Below are positions 18,778 to 26,739 of a stretch of 64,000 nucleotides of DNA, one piece after another (position 1 is the stretch's first letter; each line of letters opens with the position of its first letter). The position numbers and the translations under genes were made by a program. Source of the DNA: Spirochaetales bacterium (lineage in GTDB: Bacteria; Spirochaetota; Spirochaetia; SZUA-6; RPPD01); contig JAFGSW010000101.1 in the NCBI GenBank assembly GCA_016934415.1, forward strand, positions 204 through 64,203, read 5' to 3'. The notes beneath the pieces were generated by a model. The model ran no database searches, was not told the DNA's origin, and saw nothing but the letters and a program-made list of their open reading frames with translations.

Positions 18778-19090
18778 AGCGCCGGCTTCAGCCGGCGAAC
18801 CCTCACCCAAACCCGCGTGCCTCGGCATCCATGCCTCGGCCGCGGGTCCATTGCTCTTTGAGATGTCCTTGAACCGGCGCATAATTACGATAGATTTCAT
18901 TTACGCATCCATGCGCCCCGCGGCACCTGTCCATCCCTGAACAGTGGAGGGCTCCGGACACTGCGCCATCCCTGGCGCCGGCTGGGAAACTGAGAGTGAT
19001 CGTCATGGAACAAGTTATTTTCCATGATCATATTAGTTAATCGATTTGGAAAAGAGGAGGATGAATGGGTATAATCGTCAGCACTAAATC

Positions 19091-19118
19091 GTAGAGACGC
19101 ACGGCCGTGCGTCCCTAC
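19091..19118. repeat. P-palindrome repeat (GTAGAGACGCACGGCCGTGCGTCTCTAC), copy 1
   Basis: One mismatch (GTCCCTAC). Lies 8 nt past the 3' end of the C1 peptidase gene. Confidence 0.8.
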
Positions 19119-19125
19119 AATCTCG

Positions 19126-20034
19126 TTACAATCCGAACTGCTTCGTTTCCACCCACTCGGCCTTCAGGATCGACCACCAGTCGATCGCCAGGCCCCGGAG
19201 CACGTATTCGTACGGAAGCCAGCCGTAGCCCTGGTCGCCCCACTCGGCGCCCCAGGAGTTGCGGATGAGGAAGGCGCCCGTGGTCGTGATACCTCCGGGA
19301 TTGGCGTTCGTGATTTCCCTGGCGACGTCGTACCCGGCCGCGACGATGGCGTGGCCGCCGGCGACGTTTTCGTTTTGAGTCGGATACGGGATCATCCCGG
19401 TGCGGGCGGCCTGGTAGATTGAGGTGTAGACGGTGAAGCCGAACATGGACGGCAGTCCGGCGTCCAGATTTTTCCTGATGGAGTCCAGGAGCGCCCGCTT
19501 TTCGGTCCCCGCCGGATCGAGGCGGTAGTAGAGCAGGGCCTGGTAGCTTTGCCCGAAGGCGTACAGGAAGGCCGAGGGCTCGTCATCGAAGCGGCCGACA
19601 TCGTACGGCCAGTATTTTTCCGGGGGCAGGCCGAAAAGCGCCATGGCGCCCATGGTGGTCCGAAGATAAGCGCCCGTGTCGCCCGTCTCCCCCATGAGAT
19701 TACGCGTGGCCTTGTAGAGGAAAAGGCGGGAGGCGTCCGTGTGCGTCCCGAAGGAGCGGTTCTCGAAATACTCGTAAAGGCCCGCGCCGGCGTTGGCCGT
19801 GCACGACCCCAGCTCCCCCTGGTCCTCCGCCGGCGGGAAATATTCCCGCAGGTCGACCGGCGCGGCGGCCGTTTCGGCTTTCGGGCGGCCCGCTTGGGAA
19901 AGATTGAGCGCCTTCAGCATCGACTGAAGCTTTCCGTCTTTATCGCCCCGTTCGCGGGAATAATCCCTGAAGTCGGGGAAATCCGGGCGCCAGCCCATTC
20001 TTCCGATGTGAATGTTTTTCGTCGCGTCGCTCAT
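19126..20034 (-). CDS. Papain-like cysteine peptidase (family C1), no signal peptide
   Basis: QGELGSCTAN (catalytic Cys), GGHAIVAAGYD (His), IRNSWGAEWG (Asn/Trp). Confidence 0.9.
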   Translation of the reverse strand: MSDATKNIHIGRMGWRPDFPDFRDYSRERGDKDGKLQSMLKALNLSQAGRPKAETAAAPVDLREYFPPAEDQGELGSCTANAGAGLYEYFENRSFGTHTDASRLFLYKATRNLMGETGDTGAYLRTTMGAMALFGLPPEKYWPYDVGRFDDEPSAFLYAFGQSYQALLYYRLDPAGTEKRALLDSIRKNLDAGLPSMFGFTVYTSIYQAARTGMIPYPTQNENVAGGHAIVAAGYDVAREITNANPGGITTTGAFLIRNSWGAEWGDQGYGWLPYEYVLRGLAIDWWSILKAEWVETKQFGL

Positions 20035-20055
20035 CGTTTTTCTCCTTTTTATTTT

Positions 20056-20379
20056 TTACTTGTCCGACTTCAGGCCGAACTCGCCCACGAGGCGGCTCCC
20101 CTTGCCGTAAAAATCGCAGATCTGGGAAGTGAACCGCGAGAGATTCTTCACGCCGTGGTCGACGCTGGCGTGGTAGGCGGCGCCGAGCTGCTTGGTCCGG
20201 GCGATGTTCGCCTCGTATTCCGTGCGCGTGGTTTCCAGCGACCGGATGAGCTCATTGAGGGCATCTTCGGTGACGTCCCGCGGAAATCCGGAATCGTTTT
20301 TGTGAACCTGCACGCCCCAGAGCATCTTTTTCAGCGATTGGACCAGGTCATTGAAGGCTTTGACATTGATGTCCGACAT
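20056..20379 (-). CDS. Small hypothetical protein co-transcribed with the C1 peptidase
   Basis: ATG 20379 follows GGAGGAAAAG. 107 aa, predicted helical. 21-nt gap to the peptidase gene. Confidence 0.6.
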   Translation of the reverse strand: MSDINVKAFNDLVQSLKKMLWGVQVHKNDSGFPRDVTEDALNELIRSLETTRTEYEANIARTKQLGAAYHASVDHGVKNLSRFTSQICDFYGKGSRLVGEFGLKSDK

Positions 20380-20715
20380 ACTTTTCCTCCTCGGTATTTT
20401 TGCATTGCTCTTTATTCCGTACAATCGTAGTATACATGCATTCGCGCATTTTCTTCTATATTTTCCGTTATATTCTTTCCCTCTTTCATATTTTTTTTCA
20501 TCCGCGTGCATCCGCGTCATCCGTAGTCTCATCCCTCTCTCCCGCCCGAAATCGTTTGCTCCGACCCCTCCGGCGGCGGTACCTTTATAACACGGCGACC
20601 GGCGCCGCGATTGGAAAAAACAGGAGGGAAAAAACGGCGCGCGTCAATACGTATCTCTATTGCAGGGGAAAAAAGTAAAGTCGGGCCCGAGGGCCCGCGG
20701 AAAGAGAGGCGTCAT

Positions 20716-21141
20716 ATGAAGACCGACCTAAAGATAAAGATCACCGTGGAGACGACAGTCGGGGTGACGGTGGAGACGGCCTGGAAACTCTGGACCGGCC
20801 CCGAGCACGTTATTCGATGGAATCGGGCTTCCGAGGATTGGCATACGCCGCGGGCGGAAAACGATTTACGGCCCGGCGGGGAATTCAACTACCGCATGGA
20901 AGCGAAGGACGGGAGCGCCGGCTTTGATTTTTGGGGCGTCTACGACGAGGTGAAGACCGGCGAGCTCCTTACCTCCACTCTCGGCGACGGGCGCAGGGTG
21001 AGCGTCGCCTTCGAAGGGCGCGGCGATGAGACGGTCGTCACCGAGACGTTCGAGGCGGAAAGCTTCCATACGCCGGAGCGGCAGCGAAAGGGCTGGCAAT
21101 CGATCCTCGACAGTTTCAAGAGATACGCGGAGAAAAGATGA
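20716..21141 (+). CDS. SRPBCC/AHSA1-like domain protein
   Basis: ATG 20716. VETAWKLWTGPEHVIRWN and DLRPGGEFNYRMEAKDGSAGFDFWGVYDEV are typical of the Aha1/YndB-like family. Confidence 0.8.
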   Translation: MKTDLKIKITVETTVGVTVETAWKLWTGPEHVIRWNRASEDWHTPRAENDLRPGGEFNYRMEAKDGSAGFDFWGVYDEVKTGELLTSTLGDGRRVSVAFEGRGDETVVTETFEAESFHTPERQRKGWQSILDSFKRYAEKR

Positions 21142-21281
21142 TGGCGAAGGTAAGCGCGCCCAAAATCGCCCCCTGTCTCCGGTTCGACGATAGTGCGCAG
21201 GAGGCGGTCAGGTTCTACACGTCCGTGTTCACAAACTCGAAGATTATCGTCGAGGCGTTGAAGATGGCGGCCGAGGAATAA
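21138..21281 (+). pseudogene. Truncated PhnB/3-demethylubiquinone-9 methyltransferase-like (VOC) fragment
   Basis: 47 codons, MMAKVSAPKIAPCLRFDDSAQEAVRFYTSVFTNSKII.... This matches only the N-terminus of the roughly 130-160-aa family. ATGA-coupled to the upstream gene. Confidence 0.5.
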
Positions 21282-21298
21282 ACCCGACGCGCGACGGT

Positions 21299-22171
21299 TC
21301 ATGCCTGGAAGGCGGGGGGACTATTACGATGCGGTGCTTGATTGATTCGTTCATATATGAATCCGGTGAGAGCGAGGGGTTGACCCGCCGCCCGGGCGGC
21401 CTCCGCGATGACTTCTCCCACCGTGCGGCCTTCGTCCCTGATAAAGGGCTGTTCGAGAAAGCAGATTTTCGTTTTCAGTTTTTCCAGTTTGCCGCGGACA
21501 ATTTCGTCTCTCATGGATTCGTCCTTGTGCAGGCGCCGGGCGTCTTCCGTAAACTCGGCTCTTTTCGTCTCCAGGAAGCGGGGCTCGATGCCGGACCGGG
21601 AGAGAAACAGCGGCGCAAACGCGGCCGCGTGCAAGGCCAGGTTGGATGTGAGCTCCCGTATTTCCGGTTTCGAAAACACGCCCGGCTCCGCCGCTTCCAA
21701 TCTGACGGTCACGCCGATACGGCCTTCGCCGTGGACGTAGCTCTGCAGCGTTTCTTTCGGGCCGGCGGTCAGGGTTTGCACACTCGGCGCGCAGATTTTC
21801 TCCCGGATTTTCAGCGCCGCGGCCGAGATCAAATCGGCGATCGCATCCTTCGGATCGGCGCCTTCCGCCGCAAAGAACAGATCGAGGCACGCCTCCCCGA
21901 GTCGAATAAAATCAATGTTCCGCGCGACGAAATCGGTCTCGCAGGCCAGCTTCAACATGACGCTTTTCCCGGTGACTGTTTTTATGAACACCCGACCCTC
22001 TGACGCCTCCCGATCGGCGCGTTTTTTCGCCTGCACGAGGCCGAGTTCCTTGAGCAGCGCCGTGGCCTTTTCCCGATCGCCGGCCGCACGCTCGAGCGCG
22101 CGTTTGCAATCCATGATCCCCGCCCCGGTTTTCTCCCGGAGCTCCCTGATCTGTACGGCGGTTATGGTCAT
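21299..22171 (-). CDS. tsf: Elongation factor Ts homologue (divergent, not next to rpsB)
   Basis: N-terminal UBA-like motif IRELREKTGAGIMDCKRAL, CETDFVARN, HGEGRIGV, LALHAAAFAPLFL and the C-terminal LEQPFIRDEGRTVGEVI. Confidence 0.8.
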   Translation of the reverse strand: MTITAVQIRELREKTGAGIMDCKRALERAAGDREKATALLKELGLVQAKKRADREASEGRVFIKTVTGKSVMLKLACETDFVARNIDFIRLGEACLDLFFAAEGADPKDAIADLISAAALKIREKICAPSVQTLTAGPKETLQSYVHGEGRIGVTVRLEAAEPGVFSKPEIRELTSNLALHAAAFAPLFLSRSGIEPRFLETKRAEFTEDARRLHKDESMRDEIVRGKLEKLKTKICFLEQPFIRDEGRTVGEVIAEAARAAGQPLALTGFIYERINQAPHRNSPPAFQA

Positions 22172-22183
22172 GACGTCTTCCCT

Positions 22184-22624
22184 TCAATCCATCGCCCGGC
22201 CCAGCAAGACGAGCAAATTCCCGATAAAGGCGGGATCTCCCCAAAGGAGGCACCTGGCTTTTCGTTCGCTTTCGTAATAAATGAAATCGAAACGCACATC
22301 GTTGTACTCGCGTCCCTTCCCCTTCAGCGCCGCGAGTATCATGGTCGATATTCTGGTCGCCCGTTCCGCACTCGCCGCGTGAATATCGATGATGGCCGAT
22401 ATCCGGATGGACGCCGTCTTCAAAAAATCTTCGGTTTCCACCGGTTTTTCCGTCGCGTCCGTTCCTTCACCCAGGAACGCATTGAGTGCAGTCCGGGGAA
22501 TCCTCCATTCTTTGCCGATCTTTCGCCCCATAAGTTTGCCTTCGCGAATGTATATTCGGACAGTGCGGGGATGAAGATTCAGTATTTCTGCGGCTTCATC
22601 GACAGAATAATACATCTTTTCCAT
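22184..22624 (-). CDS. Excisionase-family (MerR-like) HTH protein with uncharacterised C-terminal domain
   Basis: YSVDEAAEILNLHPRTVRIYIREGKLMGRKIGKEWRIPRTAL. RBS AAAGAGG. 12-nt gap to tsf. Confidence 0.75.
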   Translation of the reverse strand: MEKMYYSVDEAAEILNLHPRTVRIYIREGKLMGRKIGKEWRIPRTALNAFLGEGTDATEKPVETEDFLKTASIRISAIIDIHAASAERATRISTMILAALKGKGREYNDVRFDFIYYESERKARCLLWGDPAFIGNLLVLLGRAMD

Positions 22625-22649
22625 CTGGGAAACCTCTTTATAGTATCAC

Positions 22650-22700
22650 AATATATCATAAAATTACATAAAGTCAATAAATATGATATTATATCATATT
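22650..22700 (-). promoter_or_regulatory. Near-consensus promoter plus palindromic operator upstream of the HTH-tsf pair
   Basis: On the minus strand, TTGACT (22677-22672), a 16-nt spacer, and TATATT (22655-22650). Perfect 10-bp inverted repeat AATATGATAT-T-ATATCATATT at 22680-22700, abutting the -35. Confidence 0.55.
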
Positions 22701-22780
22701 ATATGTAATTATAGCGTATGATATGAAACTGAAGCTTGAATTGTAACATTAATGAGAGCGAATTATTGCCGGTATTTTGG

Positions 22781-23656
22781 TTAGCGATTCGATTTCCGGC
22801 AATATTCGTCAAAACCTTTGAGGCAGTCCTCCCAGGTCACCTGAAACGTCTTCCGGAAATTCTCCTTGTAGCTCGTTTTTAGATCGGCGTCCTGGATTTT
22901 TTCGTAGGGGAGCTTGAACGAGACGACGTACGCGACCACGCGCTTCATCCCGAACCGCCCGAAGAGGTACTCGACCATCTTGTACGACTGGGCGTAGTCG
23001 GTGCGGGCGAGGTCCGCCGGGAACTCCGACGGGGAGCGTTGGGCGGCCGTGTCCCAGTCGAGGAGCGCGCCCCGGGCCCAGCACACGGCGAAGGCGACGT
23101 CCCAGTACTTTTTCACCTCGGGCGAAGAGCGGCTCTCCGTGTACACCGCCAGGCCCTCGTTGAGCCAGACGGGAACCGGGGAGAAGACGCCGGTGACCTC
23201 GCCGACGGCCAGGTGGACGAGCTCGTGGACGAGGATCTGGTAGAGCTCCGTGCCCCAGAAACAGCGGTCGCCCTCTTCACCCTCGTAGCGCGGCAGGGAG
23301 GGCGGCCATATGACGACGACGTTCTCCATGAGAAGCAGGTGCCCCTTCGTTTCCTTGTACGTCCCGGCGTCCAGCGCGAGATCGGGCTTGAGGAAGGCGG
23401 AGAAATCGAGGGCCTTGAGGATCGAAGGGTTGACCTTGTCGATAACGGGATCGACGTCCCACGCGTAGGGATCGGCGCTTGCCGCCGGGTAGCGCACCGG
23501 CGTGAGGTAATAGGGCTGGCGGAGAAAGACGACCTTGTCGGGCGGCACGTACTCCGCGGGATAGCTCGCGCAGCCGAAGGCGGCCGCCAGGACGAGGATC
23601 GTAAGCGCGGCGCGAAGCCCCGCCGCCGTGACCTGTTTCATCCCTTCCTGCTTCAA
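22781..23656 (-). CDS. Zinc-metalloprotease-like (HExxH, MA clan) lipoprotein
   Basis: Lipobox AAAFGC. HELVH followed by WLNEGLAVY (third ligand Glu). Confidence 0.7.
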   Translation of the reverse strand: MKQEGMKQVTAAGLRAALTILVLAAAFGCASYPAEYVPPDKVVFLRQPYYLTPVRYPAASADPYAWDVDPVIDKVNPSILKALDFSAFLKPDLALDAGTYKETKGHLLLMENVVVIWPPSLPRYEGEEGDRCFWGTELYQILVHELVHLAVGEVTGVFSPVPVWLNEGLAVYTESRSSPEVKKYWDVAFAVCWARGALLDWDTAAQRSPSEFPADLARTDYAQSYKMVEYLFGRFGMKRVVAYVVSFKLPYEKIQDADLKTSYKENFRKTFQVTWEDCLKGFDEYCRKSNR

Positions 23657-23720
23657 GACCGTCGGGAACGGTTATTGTATCCCGCGGGGGCGTGATGGGG
23701 AAGATCTGGAAGTTGTTGAA

Positions 23721-23871
23721 CTACGGATGGAGAAGATAAGGAAGATGGGGGAGGGGAGCGGGTCTTCTTCGGATAACCGCATCGTGTGCTGTTAGCGCAA
23801 TTTAAGTAACTTGGCTTGAGGATTTTTTCTTTTGGGCTTTTCCCTCTCTTCTTAATCTTCTTTATCCGTAG
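23721..23871. repeat. Long imperfect palindromic (MITE-like) intergenic element
   Basis: The purine-rich arm CTACGGATGGAGAAGATAAGGAAGA... pairs with the pyrimidine-rich arm ...TCTTCTTAATCTTCTTTATCCGTAG. Confidence 0.6.
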
Positions 23872-23986
23872 TTTTCCACGGTTGAAGCCGGGAATCGCTC
23901 GGGCGGAATAAATATACAGAGCGCTTCATCGGTGCTACACTGCAGACACGGCCCCGGTCCGCGGCCCGGGAAGGAGGACCCGCCGA

Positions 23987-25267
23987 ATGGACGGCAGTCT
24001 CATCTTTATTTTCATCATCGCTTTGGGAGTCGCGGCGAGCTCGATCGGTTGGGGCGTCATGCGTTGGGTCAGGACGAAGAATCTGTTCCAAAAAGTGGCC
24101 GTGCGCCTGCAGCTTTCGTTCGACAGGGGCGGTATACTCACTTCTCCCAGGGTATACGGCATTTTGAACGGGGCTCATGTTGAGGTGTGCAGAAGAAGAT
24201 TTTCCCACGGAAAAAGCTCGACGGACACGTTCGGATTTACGGTCGCGGGATTGGGAATCCCCCGGTTCCTCGATATCAAGCCGGAGCGTTTTTTAAGCCG
24301 CCTGAAGAGGATGGCGGGCGCCCACGACATCGAGTTCAATGACGGTTCCTTTGACGACGCGGCGCTCGTGGAGGGCGGCGATCCTCACGCGGTGCGGGCC
24401 GCCCTCCATCCCCGGGCCCGGTCGCTCATCGCCCACCTCATAGAGGCGTCCTACTCTAAAAACTTCGCGATTCAAGGCGGGACAATCGAGACCTACCGGA
24501 GAACCGGCCAATTCGAGGATGAAGAGGACATTATACGGGTGCTCGCGAACTTGATCGACCTGGCGAAGACCCTGGGCCGGAGTGGTCGGACCGAGGAGCT
24601 TCTCCGGGAAAATTACCTTGCCGAGTCCAACCGGAAAGCCCGCGTCAGGTACCTGGAGTCGCTGGCGGCGACCTTGCGCGCGCCGCTGGAGACGGACGAT
24701 GAAATCGTCCGCGACGCGTTTTACTCGGGCGATCCGCACCTCATGTTCCAGGCCGCCTGCGCCCTCGGCCCGGCCGGCAACCGCCATCTGCCGGATATCC
24801 TCCCCGATGCCGACCGCGAGCTCGCACTCAAGATCATCGGCCGTCTGGAGGAGAGGAAGATCGAAGCCCCGGTCCCTGAGCTTATAAAATGTTCGAGCGG
24901 CATCAGGGACTGGACGGTGAAGGCCGCCCTCGCCCGCTTCCTAGGCGGAACCGGCCGCCCGGAAGTGGAAACCTGGCTGCACGGCGAGATCGCAGGCGGC
25001 TCCTCCGCTCCCGCCGACTACAGGCGCGAGTGCGTCCGCGCCCTCGGCCTCTGCGGCGGCAAGGCGAGCCTCGAGGTTCTCCACGGCCTGCAGGGCCCGC
25101 CCGGACGCCGCGAGATCGAAGCCGCCATGTCCGCCATTCTTGCGCGCCTCGGCGTCGCCGAGACCGGCTGGCTGAGCAGCGCGGGCGCGGAGCCCGGCGA
25201 GGGGGGCTTGAGCCGGGCCGAGACGGGGGAAGATGAGGACATGTATGGCGCGAATGGGCGCGAATGA
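23987..25267 (+). CDS. Membrane-anchored hypothetical protein with HEAT-like C-terminal repeats
   Basis: N-terminal TM helix. The last ~12 codons (GEDEDMYGANGRE) are read from R-box copy 6. Confidence 0.6.
   Translation: MDGSLIFIFIIALGVAASSIGWGVMRWVRTKNLFQKVAVRLQLSFDRGGILTSPRVYGILNGAHVEVCRRRFSHGKSSTDTFGFTVAGLGIPRFLDIKPERFLSRLKRMAGAHDIEFNDGSFDDAALVEGGDPHAVRAALHPRARSLIAHLIEASYSKNFAIQGGTIETYRRTGQFEDEEDIIRVLANLIDLAKTLGRSGRTEELLRENYLAESNRKARVRYLESLAATLRAPLETDDEIVRDAFYSGDPHLMFQAACALGPAGNRHLPDILPDADRELALKIIGRLEERKIEAPVPELIKCSSGIRDWTVKAALARFLGGTGRPEVETWLHGEIAGGSSAPADYRRECVRALGLCGGKASLEVLHGLQGPPGRREIEAAMSAILARLGVAETGWLSSAGAEPGEGGLSRAETGEDEDMYGANGRE
25238..25254 (-). repeat. R-box 17-mer, copy 6
   Basis: GACATGTATGGCGCGAA followed by the half copy tgggcgcgaatga. 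Confidence 0.8.
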
Positions 25268-25582
25268 GGGAGGAGGGTGTCATCCTGAGCGAAACCGTCA
25301 TGACAGTCGTAAGTACGCTTGTTCGTTTCGCGAAGGATCTCCGCACGGAGAAAGCTGGAATGGTCTGTGATGTTTCAGCCGTCTTGACGAGTTGATCTCA
25401 CCCTCCTCATCCGCGCAGGCGTTTGCTTATTAGCCGAATAATTGTTATTATAGTAGTAGTATGAAGATAAAAATCGTTTTTACCTCGTACGGGAGGTGTC
25501 TTTTTTCGTGCTTTGCCGAAAGCCGGTGACGACCGTGACCTGACCGCACACCTCGGATAAACCGAAAGAAAGATTCCAGACG

Positions 25583-25613
25583 GCTGTTGAAAAAGCGGCC
25601 CCTTTTCAGCGGC
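25583..25613. repeat. H-hairpin repeat copy E (B-type variant)
   Basis: GCTGTTGAAAAAGCGGCCCCTTTTCAGCGGC. Confidence 0.65.
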
Positions 25614-25667
25614 CTCGTGATACGTCCCCGGGGGCGGCGCTTCTCCCGACGGTGGAGGAAAAACGGA

Positions 25668-26552
25668 ATGGAAGTCAATGAAATAAGCCTCGATTCGTAC
25701 GGCTGGTATTTCAGGCGCATTTTCGCGTCCAATGAAAAGATTCTCAGGTCGATCGCGAAAGACATTCACAAGGAGATGCTCCGCCTCAAAGGCATGGTCG
25801 AGGACGCCCTGAAGCCGTTCATGAAGATCGCGAAGGTGAAGCGATCGCTCTCATCCCGCCGGCGCGTCGCCCTGGACCTGCGGGAAGCCCTGGCGGAGTC
25901 GTTCGAATTTTTCAACAGCCTGCCGATATCGGAAACGGTGAAAAAGAACGCCGGGACGTCCGCGCCGAACGAAATTGAGGACGTGAAATACATCGTGGTG
26001 ATGACCAGGGCGGGCTGGCCGCCGTTGTTCGACGTCCCGATCGACTTCATTCGGCTCATCAACCGCCACCACCAGGAATCGGGGAGGGACGTTTTCCGCT
26101 TGCTTGCCGCGAAACGGATCACGGAACTCTACGACGACAAGAGAGTCGATGCGCTGGGGATACGATGGTCGGAGAGGATAAAAACGGCGTCCCGGATCGG
26201 TTTCCTCAGGAACGCCCTGGCCGCCCATAAGGTCCGCAAATACGATCTTTCCATCCCCACGCTCGTGACCGAAGCCGGGGGCCTCATGGCCAGGATCAAC
26301 GGCCGCACCGGCAAGCTTCAGCCCGAACAATTCAACCCCTACGTCGATTCGCTGTTTTCCGGAAGGAACGACTATCTTCCCGTGAAGGGGATGATCATCG
26401 ACGGCCTGTACAAGAATTTCACCTGGGGCGACAAGGCCGTCCCGTCCTTGAGCCGCTACGCCATGCTCCACGGGACGGCCGGCAATGGCGGCCTCCGGGA
26501 GATTTCCTTGAAGCTCATTCTCATCCTCGACATGCTGGTGCGGCTGTTGTAG
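25668..26552 (+). CDS. Hypothetical cytoplasmic protein with C-terminal Rx4H motif (possible HEPN-like)
   Basis: ATG follows GGAGGAAAAA. LSRYAMLHGTAG fits the Rx4H pattern. Bracketed by R-box copies 6 and 7. Confidence 0.6.
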   Translation: MEVNEISLDSYGWYFRRIFASNEKILRSIAKDIHKEMLRLKGMVEDALKPFMKIAKVKRSLSSRRRVALDLREALAESFEFFNSLPISETVKKNAGTSAPNEIEDVKYIVVMTRAGWPPLFDVPIDFIRLINRHHQESGRDVFRLLAAKRITELYDDKRVDALGIRWSERIKTASRIGFLRNALAAHKVRKYDLSIPTLVTEAGGLMARINGRTGKLQPEQFNPYVDSLFSGRNDYLPVKGMIIDGLYKNFTWGDKAVPSLSRYAMLHGTAGNGGLREISLKLILILDMLVRLL

Positions 26553-26570
26553 GCCGATGGGGGGAAAGAC

Positions 26571-26587
26571 GACACGTATGGCGCCAA
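26571..26587 (-). repeat. R-box 17-mer, copy 7 (2 mismatches)
   Basis: GACACGTATGGCGCCAA, 19 nt after the stop codon at 26552. Confidence 0.6.
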
Positions 26588-26739
26588 TCTCGCGGCGCAT
26601 CTCACAACGCGGTTTCAAGCGAGCTTCCAGCGATTGCGCGCATGTGGATGAAGGCGGGCCAGCTTCATTGAGCCTCGCCGCGCCCTATTCATTCGTTTTT
26701 TTTTGCCCATCTTCCCTATCCGTAGTCTGCCGATCCCGG

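Noticed and set aside
20380-20532. N-terminal extension of the small ORF upstream of the C1 peptidase
   Set aside because: The extension runs through AT-rich promoter-like DNA and CATCCG repeats. The internal ATG at 20379 has a strong GGAGGA site.
25905-25925. Half-site of the H-hairpin (TTTTTCAACAGCC) inside the CDS 25668-26552
   Set aside because: It is a single arm without a partner and encodes FFNSL in frame. This is probably chance similarity, or a relic rather than a functional hairpin.
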